Shown one piece after another: positions 21,739 to 33,919 of a stretch of DNA of 48,843 bases. Position numbers and translations under genes: made by a program. Within the stretch, counting starts at the first letter, position 1; every line of letters begins with the position of its first letter. The notes beneath the pieces are model-generated. The model did no database searches. It was not told the origin of the DNA and saw only the letters and a list, made by a program, of their open reading frames with translations. The stretch is from Nemertoderma westbladi (Eukaryota; Animalia; Xenacoelomorpha), in the NCBI GenBank assembly GCA_032718475.1, contig JAUCBJ010006878.1, positions 1 through 48,843 of the forward strand, in the 5' to 3' direction.

Positions 21739-24700
21739 TCACGTTCTGGAGTCCCTAGATATTTGTCGGATTAGGGAAGTAGTCGTAGGAAGAGTATCTT
21801 GCCTTCCATAGTTTTCAGACAGTTTTCGGTCTCTTTCCAGTAAACATAAACGACTAGCTGGGCGATTGAGTTGTTGTGTTACTTTCTCCGCTCCCTTGGC
21901 CTGTCTAATCTCAGCCGTGGTAAGATGAGGAGGCCATTCTTCTTCTTCTTTACTTAAGGAGTCGGATCCACCTAACCAGCCTGGAGTATCTATCAGTTCT
22001 TGAGGAGTTGCTCCTCTGGAAGCGATATCGGCTGGATTAATCGTCCCAAGGCAATGTCTCCATTGATCTACATTGGAGTTAATATCGTCATTATCTGAGG
22101 AGTATGGTGTTCCCTCAGTGGGTTCGTCCACTTCACTGCTCTCCACTTCCAAACCATTTATCTGGTATAGTCTTTCTGATGGTAGTCTCTCTTCGAGAGT
22201 TCTGCGGGAAGGACCAGTAAAGTACCAACCTACTCTAGTTCTTACCGCATAGGTTTGTAGTGGCTGCGGTTGAGCAGGTCGTTTTTCCAATGTCTCGAGC
22301 GCCTCGTGCGCGTTTTGGCCGATAAGTATTTGCACTCCAAGATAATCCGTCTGGAATCGAGGTATTTTAAGTTGTTGGATGCTCTTGTCCTCGTTCCAGT
22401 TATAAGGCTCTACTCGGGTATTAGCGAAGTTCTTTATAGCTACCATTTTTACTGACCTTATACTTTGTTCTCCTAATTTATCCTGTGGGGTGGACAACGC
22501 ACCTACATAGTAATCTGCCGTTATGGTAGATTTCCAAACCTGTATGACTCCTGACATATTTAACTTAGTTCGGAATTTGGGTTGTCCAGCAAAGATGTCT
22601 TCGGCTAGTTCTTGATCGATGAATGTTCCTGTACTGCCGGAGTCAAGGAGGGCATTCACTATGTAACTTTTGTTAGGACCCTGAACTCTTACCTGCACTA
22701 CAGGAAATTCTCTGATTCCTACGTTGGAAGTTGAAGGTTTCCAGGATGGTTGTCTGTCAAAGTTAGTTGGGGAGAACTCATTGTCGGTGTCCTTTTCGTA
22801 AGTAAGTGCTCGATACACTGCGGTATTTATTAGGTAACAGGATTCGTTGGCGTCGGAGAATTCGTCTGTATAGAATCCTTCCCACTCAGAACTTTGGTCA
22901 GTGTCGTTCACATCACTGAATTGGACATGTGATTTGGGCTCACTTACCTGACTCGGGCTGTTTCGTTCGAATTCACTTTGTAACAAGATGTGATGTTTCG
23001 CACCGCACTTTGCACACTTTATGTCGGAGTAACAGGTTCGCCGCTGGTGTCCGCGTCTGAGGCAATTATAGCATAACCGCTTGTCCCACACAACTGTACG
23101 TCTGTCTACAAGGGATTTCTTTAGGAATTCCGCACACGCACTCAAACGGTGGGGCCCGTCGCACAGCGCACAGTTTGGTTTAATGTTACTCACTTTACCT
23201 TGGGTGACGTTATGCACTCTAGTTCTTTCTTCGGGCTTTCTTCCGTGTACTCCGTTAGGAAACTGAAGAGGAGTCTTATCAACCTTTTCTCTCCTGTCAT
23301 GGGTTCGAGCCTTAGATTTACTTACGTTCTTTGAGGTCTTGTTAACATAGTAAAATTTCTCGGTGTCTTCCTCGCTGTCTTCTTCTTGAGAAGCTTGGCT
23401 TTCGCCGTCATCAGTATAACACACCGGTGTTACTCTTCTCCTAGAAACGGGTTTCTCACTTACCTTATTTTCCGGTGTTTTCTCTCTGGATTGCTTTAGG
23501 AGTTGTAATTTCACTTCGCCATCCAAGAATGACATGAGATCAGCCATGGTAGGGTCTCGTTGTTGTTGTTCCATAGTATATAACACCTTCTTGTCCCAGC
23601 GTGTACCTACTCCACCCTTGGGCAAAGTAGATGCTAAGGCTCCTACAACCATAGAATTCTGGTATTCATGAGACTTACCTAACCAATCTAGTTGTCTACA
23701 GATCTCCTGAATCTCATCGGAAAACTCTATAATCCCGCTGCTAAGAAACTTTCGGGGGGCCATTAATTTCGCATATAAATACCTAGCTATGTTATTCCTA
23801 TTACCATACCTGATGTTTAGTGTATCCCAAACTTGTCTTAATCCATCTGGATGTCCAATAAATTTTAACGCCATTGACTTGGGAGGTCCTTCCAAGCACT
23901 CGATGAGGAATCTAAGTTTCTCTCCGTTGGATAACACAGAGTTCTGTATGTTATCTTTATAATATTCATTAAAAGGTAACCATTTCATCTCATCTCCATT
24001 GAATTTGACGATCTCTCCCACTTTGACCGCTTGGCGGGCTTCTGTTCTAGCCATCTGACGCGTAAAGCTTTCTTGGGCCATCGTGTTATTTAATATCGAA
24101 TTATCGTTATACAAATTTCTCGGATCATTATCAGGTCTATAGGGAATATCATTAATAACAGGTCTATAATCACCCTTAATAGGGTTTGCTATAGGAGTTT
24201 CAACTTCACTAGCAGTATAGATGCGTGTAGGCTCCACACCTTGCGCATGTAATACTTCAGACCTAACAGGTTGGCACAATGTTACAGGGGGTATTGGTAT
24301 GCCCTTTTGTATATTGACTAATTTGTCGCATTCTAGCGCGATACTTTGCTGCACTTCCTGCAACTCTGCTCTACTTTCCCTCACTGTTCCCTTAAGTTGG
24401 TGGACAGTCTCCTCCATTTCCCTGACCTGCTGAGAGGAGCACAAACAGTGTTCCCTCAGCTGCTCGAGCAGGAGACCCATCTCCCGTCGTCCCTCAGCTA
24501 CCCACTCAACCGCCGAAGCGGGAGTCGCCAACGTAGTAGCGGGCGAGCGAGAGACGACGGGCGATAAATTCTTGATACCTCGCTCGGCGTCCAGGACGGG
24601 TTCGGACTCGGGAACAGTCCTACTGGGCACAGGTAGTCTTCTGGTTTGTTTCTTCAAGTAATCTTGTTTCGCCTGAAGGTTTTCCAGCTCTAGTTGGATA

Positions 24701-24846
24701 GTCGCTTCAGACGTCTTCCGTTCTGCTTCTGCCACTGCCTCTGCCGCTTTTCTGTCTTCTCTCCTTTCAAGACACTGTCCAAGTCGACGACTCATTCTAA
24801 AACCCTCTAAGAGACTATCTGACAATGTTTGTGTTGTGTCAGACAT
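21739..24846 (-). CDS. BEL/Pao gag-protease with RNase H and integrase C-terminal remnants (1035 aa)
   Basis: KFNGD..W..F and EKLRFL (DUF1759-like); knuckles CALCDGPH, CYNCLRRGH, CAKCGAKHH; ALLDSGS; WRHC..NPADIASRG; RPASRLCLLE; no RT. Confidence 0.92.
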   Translation of the reverse strand: MSDTTQTLSDSLLEGFRMSRRLGQCLERREDRKAAEAVAEAERKTSEATIQLELENLQAKQDYLKKQTRRLPVPSRTVPESEPVLDAERGIKNLSPVVSRSPATTLATPASAVEWVAEGRREMGLLLEQLREHCLCSSQQVREMEETVHQLKGTVRESRAELQEVQQSIALECDKLVNIQKGIPIPPVTLCQPVRSEVLHAQGVEPTRIYTASEVETPIANPIKGDYRPVINDIPYRPDNDPRNLYNDNSILNNTMAQESFTRQMARTEARQAVKVGEIVKFNGDEMKWLPFNEYYKDNIQNSVLSNGEKLRFLIECLEGPPKSMALKFIGHPDGLRQVWDTLNIRYGNRNNIARYLYAKLMAPRKFLSSGIIEFSDEIQEICRQLDWLGKSHEYQNSMVVGALASTLPKGGVGTRWDKKVLYTMEQQQRDPTMADLMSFLDGEVKLQLLKQSREKTPENKVSEKPVSRRRVTPVCYTDDGESQASQEEDSEEDTEKFYYVNKTSKNVSKSKARTHDRREKVDKTPLQFPNGVHGRKPEERTRVHNVTQGKVSNIKPNCALCDGPHRLSACAEFLKKSLVDRRTVVWDKRLCYNCLRRGHQRRTCYSDIKCAKCGAKHHILLQSEFERNSPSQVSEPKSHVQFSDVNDTDQSSEWEGFYTDEFSDANESCYLINTAVYRALTYEKDTDNEFSPTNFDRQPSWKPSTSNVGIREFPVVQVRVQGPNKSYIVNALLDSGSTGTFIDQELAEDIFAGQPKFRTKLNMSGVIQVWKSTITADYYVGALSTPQDKLGEQSIRSVKMVAIKNFANTRVEPYNWNEDKSIQQLKIPRFQTDYLGVQILIGQNAHEALETLEKRPAQPQPLQTYAVRTRVGWYFTGPSRRTLEERLPSERLYQINGLEVESSEVDEPTEGTPYSSDNDDINSNVDQWRHCLGTINPADIASRGATPQELIDTPGWLGGSDSLSKEEEEWPPHLTTAEIRQAKGAEKVTQQLNRPASRLCLLERDRKLSENYGRQDTLPTTTSLIRQISRDSRT

Positions 24847-24979
24847 TTCGCTTTATACAGTTGGATGCCTACTGCTATATATACAGTTAAAGCAAGTCTA
24901 GTAATTCAGTATCACTGCTAGCCTAATAATTAATTACCGATACTGCTACTCAATGTAGCGTGATATATATATATAATAT

Positions 24980-25232
24980 ATTAGAATACCGGTATGCTTA
25001 TAGTATATATAAGTATTATTACAGACTAGATTTGTCACAGAGTACCGGTATATAAATTTAGCACAAATATATATAAATATATAATAGGCCTATAGTGAAT
25101 ACCGGTATACAGCTTACACTTATAGTATATATAAGTATAATTATGAACTAGAATTAATTACAGAGTACCGGTATGATTTCAGCTCAAATTTATAGAAATA
25201 AATATAATAAGCCTATGGTAAATACTGGTATG
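24980..25232. repeat. ~115-bp tandem duplication in the element B leader
   Basis: ATACCGGTAT..TATAGTATATATAAGTA..ACAGAGTACCGGTAT..GCCTAT twice. Confidence 0.7.
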
Positions 25233-26199
25233 TCAATTATTTTAGAATAATTGAATTTCTGAATATTTTAGGGTTACTTGGTTACTTTAACTTACTTTAT
25301 TACCGTTATTTAAGCAGTAGTCCAACTGATATTGAGACCTAGTTGTTGTATGGCAGGCCTACTATTTATAAATCGTTTGAGTTGATTTATAATATTTATA
25401 TACCCGTTTAAAATGGGTTTTTGTCAATATTTGAAATAAATGTTATTATTTCTGGGGGAGTCACTACACAGAAGCTGAACGCCTCTCAGTGAAGTGCTAT
25501 TTATTTGACACTAAAACTGATAATTCTAATTTACCTAAGTTACTTAATACTACAAATTACTTACGATACGGGTGAGATTAATTCTCTAATTAAACACAAC
25601 TAAATATTACGTACGAAATTTTTAGGGTAATTTTACAGGAAGTCTACAAACCAGTCCAACAAAGGGTTAGATTTCTGGTTATTACAAAGGACAGGGTACT
25701 ACGGTATTTAAATAATAAGTAGTAGTAAATATATTGTACTGTCCAGATAGGAAAATACCACCGCCTGACGACCTATAACCGTATCGCTATAGGTACTACG
25801 TTATGTATCACGGATTGTTCCTACCCAGAAGCTAATAGAGCTAACGAATGTGCCTATCAACCACTTTACAACACAAATATACTGCCTACACTAATTACTT
25901 CGGAAAGCACTGTACACTAAACCCTAAATTAGGTACAAGTACCGGTATAACAAATAATCAGTAGTTAAATATACTTGAACAGTTAAAAGAACCACGGCAT
26001 CTGCTGGAGTGACCGAAGCACAAAATCTCCAGTCTTTACCTACGCCGAGCAGCCCTGATGTAGTACCGGGGTTAGTTTAACTATAACGGTATGTATAACA
26101 AGCACAATTACTGTAGGAATAAACTTGGGGACATGAATGTTGCGAATAATCGCATAAACTCTGAATAATAAATATTACGCTACCCGTACAGAATACTCA

Positions 26200-26737
26200 A
26201 ACAAATACAAACCAAACGCTGGCAGACTACTATTAAGCCTAAACAAACTACTGTATGTGCAGGTTCTGAAACTGTTAGTTAGTATGCGTTCTAACACGGT
26301 AGTACGACTTACTCTTTAAGAGGGGATTGACCTTACCGCTTATGGCTGCCCCAACTTACTAACGGCACTTTATCAGACAAACTCTACACACGCAGCAATC
26401 CCTTCAGGCCTAAGAATAGCTAGACAACAATCCAGCCTACAAAATATCTGAGTAATAACTATCACGGTACCTGAACAGACCACACAAACAAACACAGGCT
26501 AAAACACTGGCAGACTACGATCAAGCCTAAATTAACTACAGTATATGCAGATTCTGAAACTGTTAGTTAGTATGCGTTCTAACACGGTAGTACGACTTAT
26601 TCTTTAAGAGGGGATTGACCTTCAGCATATGGCTGCCCCAACTTACTAACTGCACTTTATCAGACCAACTCTACACACACCGCAATCTCTCCAAACTCAA
26701 CAACAGTCAGACAGCAGCTCAGCCTACAATTATCTGA
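26200..26737. repeat. ~290-bp tandem duplication in the element B leader
   Basis: CTGGCAGACTAC...TTCTGAAACTGTTAGTTAGTATGCGTTCTAACACGGTAGTACGACTTA...CAGCCTACAA twice. Confidence 0.85.
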
Positions 26738-27022
26738 ACAATCTGAGCAGGGTCACACGCCTTCTGCTCAATATTAGCCTACTAGTAAATAAAACCGACA
26801 GAAATAAGTAAACTATACAAAAGAATGAGGGGTGATCAATCCCTATTCCCCTGGCAGCCTACAATATACAATAGATCACAATCGAAATAATACTAAATGT
26901 ACTTGTACAGCAGTACCGGTACCGGTGATGACAGTTAGGCCTACTGACCTACAGAAGTACCGGTTCAGTTTTACCGGTCACTACGGTATTTTGCAACCTT
27001 ATTGCTCACTGCAATAAGATCG

Positions 27023-27033
27023 ATAACTGTTAC
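27023..27033 (-). promoter_or_regulatory. PBS-position sequence GTAACAGTTAT, complementary to LTR 27774-27784
   Basis: Directly follows the 5' LTR on the minus strand; no TGG; 11/11 complementary to an internal LTR site. Confidence 0.7.
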
Positions 27034-28261
27034 TGTTCGCGCTTTTGAAGACCTTTAGCAGTTTAACCTGCCAAAATTTATATGTCTTTTAGTTAATTAA
27101 CACACCTTTAGCATACGACAATATTTTATGCTAATAAACAAAACATTAGCCGAAGCCAGCCCATGCGCGATCATTCACCCGATGGATCTACACCCGGGAG
27201 GCTGAATTCGGATGCTTAGATTTATTATTGCAGTGTAAGGTTGCAGTGTAAGCCTACTGTATTATTCGATTGATCGCTAATATGTAATTTCTGACAGATA
27301 TTATTAACTTTCGGGAAATATTAACAGTTCCTTTAGGACGTGGCGCTCTATCTATTTAAACAGAGCTAGGACTTATACTAAACGCAACGATAAGGCTTAT
27401 GATTAAAGTATAAGTCGCATTCTTTAGGAAATGCTTTGTTACCAGTCACATCACACTCACAATCATGCACACTATTCTGCCGACCGTCAGTATATTTGAT
27501 CACACATAAAGAGAACAGCAATTGACTCAGGTAGTGTCTACTAAATAACATTAGATTCAATACACACCACATTGATATAAATCGCAATTGTTATATATAG
27601 CCCGCCTCTCTAACCTGTAGTGTATCAAGAAAATTGGGAATTTTGGGTGATTTATCCGTATTCTCCAAAGAGCAATATTTCCATCAACAAATAGATACAA
27701 TTAATAACTGACGGTAAATAGCAGTACAAACAATATGATTAGTGCAGTTGAATTAAGTGAGGTAACACCGCCGGTAACAGTTATACTTTCTATAATCTAA
27801 GCAGTTTTACTAGAGTTCTTAGAGCCGGTGTTTCTGGCTTAGACAGCAATAACAACAAAGTATCAAGTAAAAACAGTAAGACTGAACACTCTCCTTATGA
27901 TCGGCCGAAAAGCTACACGTCGACAGGAAAAATCGCTCTGATTGGCTCAAGCCAAACAAAGAACCATGCATCCAATGGCTGTTTCCATGTCAGCAACCAG
28001 CTGTTAGATGTCGTAATATGAATCATCACGGCTAAGCTGTGAAAGGTAGTTGGTGCATTGCAGGTTTTTTGCCTTACCATGTCCGCCAAAACACGTATAT
28101 AGCAGAATGACTTTTATGTCCGTTAAAACACCTGTAACGGTACCTTGCGGGCGAGGGGAATATATATACAGTTAGAGAACCTTTTTAGAGTATTCCAGCG
28201 CCTGGGGGGAAACTGGATTGCGAAGCAAAGGGGCCAGTTATATCCCACAGAAGCTTTTACA
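27034..28261 (-). repeat. 5' LTR of element B
   Basis: Direct repeat of 11039-12266. Confidence 0.95.
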
Positions 28262-31200
28262 ATCTTCTCTATGAACTGGGACTGTTTCTGAATGAGAGTA
28301 GCAATTAGAGATTCTTGGTCCAGACACTCAAATCTATTTCGACATTTTGTTTCTTGGTATGTTTTTGGGATACCTGGGCTGGGTGGTCCAGTTTTCTTTG
28401 GGACTTGCCATGTATGTTTATCATCTATTATGGCTTCAACTGATACTGGTTTTTCTATTGCAGGGGACTGTTGTCGGTTCATATCCTTATGTCGGTTCAT
28501 ATTCATATCACAATTTGGACTACACTCGTATATGTTTTGGTTCTGAACTAGTTTTTCTTTCGCCGATTTGAAAATGTTTGGCTTTGGTGACTCGGTTTTA
28601 TGCTTAAGTTCCAATTTTTCTACTTGTTCTGATATTAGTATACCTGGGACTTTGGCTTTGTTAGTATGATGATTTATCTGTTCATGTCGTTTTTTATTTC
28701 CACTTTTTGTCTGCTTCTTGTTTCCTGCTGTTGATTTTCTGGGAACTTCAGATGTAGGATTAGTATTACTATGAATATGTAGAGTTTCTTGAGAGTTTCG
28801 ATCTTTGTCTTTTTCATCGTTTTTCTCTAGGGTGTCCAGCTTCGTTTGTAGTTTTTGATGTTCATGTTGCATTGTTTTCATTTGGAGTTGTAGATCAGTG
28901 ACAAGCTCTAATAATCGCAGGATCCCGAACGAATCAACTGACCCAACGTTCACCCGTTTACGGAAAGCATTTGTTAGGGACTTACTTTCATATACGATTG
29001 CAAATTCTGCGACGTCAGAAGCCAATTCGTCAATACTTCTACGTTTGATCATTGTTATGGATATTCCTGATTGTTTACCAACAATCTTTTCATTTACATC
29101 GTCGAACAACATCTTCTGCAAATAAGTAAGTCTTGCAGTTCTAAGTTCTGTTAATTTTTTGGCAAATGTATCTCTGGGGTTTTGTATCATCCTATTCTGT
29201 TTGATAAATTCAATAAATTGTTCTGATGTTTGAAAATCAACACTGCTTTCCATATCACTCTCTTTGTGGTTGTCTTTGTATTGATTTGTTGTTAGTTCAT
29301 ATGTTTTAACTGTAACATATTCCGTTGATACTAACTTAATACTATCAAGACATTCCGAAATCCATTTCCTAGCCAGATTACTGTGCTTGTGGATCTGGGG
29401 TAGTTGCCTTTCATGTTGTGCTATTGCAAGTGAAGCTAGACATACATAGATTCCACAATCGTATGTATTGTCCTGCTTTTCGAAGGTGGGGGGGCCTGTG
29501 ATCAACTTCCATTTATTCTGCTTGTAGGTTTTAAATTCACTCATTGGTGCACAGTTGTCAATTAGGGTTAGTAGATGTGATATTCTCTTTGTGGTTTCCG
29601 TTGGTTTATTGTTAGAGTGTTGGAGTGAATCAATAGAATACACTTCCTTGTTGTTTGTGTCAGCGACATGAAGAATAAAATGTGAGTTTCTTAATTCGGG
29701 GAAGAACATTAGCGTAGGTCGTGGCAATACTTGTCTGTTGGATCTTGACCTACATAGTTTCCCGAGATATTTTGGAGCTATATACTTAATTGTGCTATAT
29801 TTATCATAATTATCACGTTGCATCTTCTCAGTACACATGCTGGAAATGGCAGCGATTGTGTGGTCATGGTGTGATTCTATCAGGTACATAAAGCTGTCTA
29901 CTATGCAGTTTGTAATCCAAGTTTCTGGTTTCAGGTATGTATATCTTTCTTGATTTGTTGTCACAATTGGCCCTGGTCTTTCCTTTGGATTGAGATTATA
30001 TAGGTAATCTATTATTTCTCCAATGGTCTGTTCCTCAGTTTTTTGTGAGCAATCAGGATATACTTCTATGCCAACAAACTCAACTTCGTTCTCATCGCTA
30101 CAGGTATTGGTCTTAACACTTGCTTCTTCTGAATCGTTTGTTATAGTTGTATTCCTTGGGTTGAAGAACTTGGTAATCAGTTGTTGGTATGTTGATTTGA
30201 TTTCTTTATCTATGTGACTGTTAGTGTTGGGGACAGTACCTTGACTCCGAACCGTGTCGGGAGAAACTGGAGTAAATCCTCCCTTGCAACCGGGTTTATG
30301 TGTCGGACTCGAAACTGCTTCAGGAGGAGAAAATGGAGTAGATCCTCCCTCGGGTCCGGTTTTGTGTGGCTGACTCCCAACCACCTCAGGAGAAACTCGA
30401 GTAGATTCTCCCTTGAAATCCGGTTTATGTGGCACACTCCGAATCCAAACTGCCTCTGTACCTGGAGAAACTGGAGTAGATTCCCCCTTGGAACTGTGTT
30501 TATGTGGCGGAGTATTACTGGTTTCAGATGAAAATATTTCATTATTGATCACTGAATTACCAATATTAATTCCACAAGGGGTCGAAAAATTACCAACATT
30601 ACTGGTTTCGGAGGCAAATATTCCATTGTTGGTCACTGAACTACCGATATTATTATTACTGGCGCCAGGGGTTGAATAAATGCCAGCATTACTAGCTGTA
30701 GACACCAAAAAAGCATCGTTGGACCCTGGGTTATCAAAAAGACCAGTTCCAGGGACAACGACATTACTGGGTTCAGGCCCAAAAGTATCACCATTGGTCA
30801 CAGTAAAGTCGGCTCCAGGGACCGAACAGTTAGCAGCATTACTGGATGCAGACATGAAATATTTGTTATTGGTCTCTAAATTATAAATGTTATTTGCACA
30901 ATGGGTCGAAAATTTACCGACATTACTGGTCTTGGAGGCAAATATTTCATTATTGGTCATTAAATTACCAATATTATTATTACTGGCACTGTCACCAGGG
31001 GTTGAAAAAATGCCAGCAGCATTACTAGCTGTGGACACCACAAAAGCATCGTTGGACCCTGGGTTACCAAAAGGACCAGTTCCAGGGACAACGACATTAC
31101 TGGGTTCAGGCCCAAAAATATCACCATTGGTCGCAGTAAAGTCGGCTCCAGGGACCGAACAGTTAGCAGCATTACTGGATGCAGACATGAAATATTTGTT

Positions 31201-33771
31201 ATTGGTCTCTAAATTACAAATGTTATTTGCACAATGGGTCGAAAAATTACAGACATTACTGGTTTCAGAGGCAAATATTTCATTATTGGTCATTAAATTA
31301 CCAATATTATTATTACTGGCACTGTCGCCAGGGGTTGAATAAATGCCAGCAGCATTACTAGCTGTGGACACCACAAAAGCATCGTTGGACCCTGGGTTAT
31401 CAAAAAGACCAGTTCCAGGGGCAACGACATTACTGGGTTCAGGCCCAAAAGTATCACCATTGGTCACAGTAAAGTCGGCTCCAGGGACCGAACAGTTAGC
31501 AGCATTACTGGATGCAGACATGAAATATTTGTTATTGGTCTCTAAATTACAAATGTTATTTGCACAATGGGTCGAAAAATTACAGACATTACTGGTTTCA
31601 GAGGCAAATATTTCATTATTGGTCATTAAATTACCAATATTATTATTACTGGCACTGTCGCCAGGGGTTGAATAAATGCCAGCAGCATTATTAGCTGTGG
31701 ACACCACAAAAGCATCGTTGGACCCTGGGTTATCAAAAAGACCAGTTCCAGGGACAACGACATTACTGGGTTCAGGCCCAAAAGTATCACCATTGGTCAC
31801 AGTAGAGTCGGCTCCAGGGACTGAACAGTTAGCAGCATTACTGGATGCAGACATGAAATATTTGTTATTGGTCTCTAAATTATAAATGTTATTTGCACAA
31901 TGGGTCGAAAAATTACAGACATTACTGGTTTCAGAGGCAAATATTTCATTATTGGTCATTAAATTACCAATATTATTATTACTGGCACTGTCGCCAGGGG
32001 TTGAATAAATGCCAGCAGCATTATTAGAGTTAGCAGCATTACTGGATGCAGACATAAAATATTTGTTATTGGTCTCTAAATTACAAATATTATTATTACT
32101 AGCGCCTGGGGTTGATGACGGGCGCACTGTCGGACTGTTACATACACAATCAAAAATTGCACTTGTACTATGCTCCTCTAGGGAAGATACATTAAAAGAC
32201 ATGCACCCGGTGGCGTTATTACTTTGTGAGCCTTCATCAACCGAATTGTTATACATGCTATTATGCTCATTAGTAGATACTATATAATTAATACTATTAT
32301 TATCAGTCATGACGGTATTAACACAATGATCATTAAAGGGATTGCTAACGGCATGATTGGTTAGAGATCTATGTTTCCATGTACCGTTCTCCTGGAGGTC
32401 TTCAACCAGAAAATGCGCCCTGGATGAGTGCAGGACACTAGGATTGACCTCGGAATTATTTGGATTCGCGGTTGGTACAGTCAATGTTGAACCGAGAGAA
32501 ACATTCCGGGGTTTAGACGAATTCGAAGAGTTGTCGGCACGGGTGATGGTCGACCACACTGAGGACAACGAATCGAGAGAATCCTTCCAGGGTTTAGTCG
32601 AAGTCGACGAGTTGTTGGCACCGGTATTGGTGGGTCGTACAGAGAAAGACGAACCAACGGAAACCTTCAGGGGTTTGGATGAAGTCGACGAGTTGTCGGT
32701 ACTAGTATTAGCGGGTCGTACAGAGGACGACGAACCGGGAGTAACCTTCCGGGGTTTATTCGAAGTCAACGAGTTGTCGGCACCGCTACCGCTATTGGAG
32801 GGTCGTACAGAGGACGACGAACCAAGAGAAACCTTTCGGGGTTTAGTCAAAGTCGACGAGATGTCGGTATCGGCATTGGTAGCTCGTACAGAGGACGACG
32901 AACCGGGAGTAACCTTCCGGGGTTTAGTCGAAGTCGACGAGTTGTTGGCACCGGTATTGGTGGGTCGTACAGAGGACGACGAACCAGCGGAAACCTTCAG
33001 GGGTTTGGATGAAGTCGACGAGTTGTCGGTACTAGTATTAGCGGGTCGTACAGAGGACGACGAACCGGGAGTAACCTTCCGGGGTTTATTCGAAGTCGAC
33101 GAGTTGTCGGCACCGCTACCGCTATTGGAGGGTCGTACAGAGGACGACGAACCAAGAGAAACCTTCCGGGGTTTAGTCAAAGTCGACGAGATGTCGGTAT
33201 CGGCATTGGTAGTTCGTACAGAGGACGACGAACCGAGGGAAACCTTCTGGGGTTTAGTCGAAGTCAACGAGTTGTCGGTACCGGTATTGATGGGTCGTAC
33301 AACAGAGGCCGATGAACCGAGAGAAACCTTCCAGGGTTTAGTTGAAGTCGACGAGTTGTCGGTACCAGTATTGGTGGGTCGTACAGAGAACAACGAATCA
33401 AGAGAAACCTTCCGGGGTTTAGTCGAGGTCGAGGAGTTGTTGTCGGTAGGCCTATTCGCATTTCGTGCAGAACTGAGAGAAAGACTTCTCCTTCCGGATA
33501 CCGTAAGTTTTCCTGTGTCTGACAGCTTTAATTCTAGAGATGGATTGGTGGCTAGAATTTCTGTCATGTTCGGTTCACCAGTATTATTTGCAGTTATTGT
33601 AGTTTCTCCTTTATTGCAGATTTCGGGATGATCCATTCGTTGGTGGCTATCGTTTTCCAATACATCCTTTTGCCCACCATTCGCAAAAGCTCCCGATTTA
33701 GGGTCCGTTAGTTTTATGCGTTTACGTGCGGCAGCTTGGCGACCCCTTGGTTTGGGAACAGAACCCAGCAT
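28262..33771 (-). CDS. N-terminal segment of giant LINE ORF1: repeats, Ulp1/C48 protease, coiled coil
   Basis: LKPETWITNCIVDSF, NSHFIL, IDSL, QDNTYDCGIYV; NRFECL; the last ~46 codons of the ORF-track call are read-through into the LTR. Confidence 0.85.
30580..32110 (-). repeat. 333-bp (111-aa) coding tandem repeat, ~4 copies
   Basis: Unit markers at 30680, 31010, 31343, 31676, 32009. Confidence 0.9.
32480..33450 (-). repeat. ~81-bp (27-aa) Ser/Thr-rich coding repeat with a 330-bp higher-order unit
   Basis: VRPxNxxxDNSSTSxKPxKVSxGSSSS about 12 times; 32621 matches 32951 and 32791 matches 33121. Confidence 0.9.
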
Positions 33772-33919
33772 GCTGTTTATCTCAGTATCTGCAGATCTGC
33801 CTGTCAGTACAGCAGTACAGGAGTTACAGTGTCGGCCGTGTTCCTCTGTGGAATTCCCAGAGTGTGGGTGTATTCATTGTATTCATTGTGTTCACACCGT
33901 GGCAGGGACAGAAAGAAAA

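Larger units (their letters stand above)
11039..28261 (-). mobile_element. LTR element B: internally deleted BEL/Pao retrotransposon
   Basis: 1228-bp TG...CA LTRs, TSD ATCTT (11034-11038, 28262-28266), BEL gag-protease ORF. Confidence 0.93.

Noticed and set aside
28123-28261. C-terminus of the 1882-aa ORF
   Set aside because: Read-through into the LTR of element B; the real C-terminus is at 10262-11033
32357-33631. 424-aa + strand ORF, and + strand ORFs at 30680-32287
   Set aside because: Antisense shadows of the repetitive ORF1
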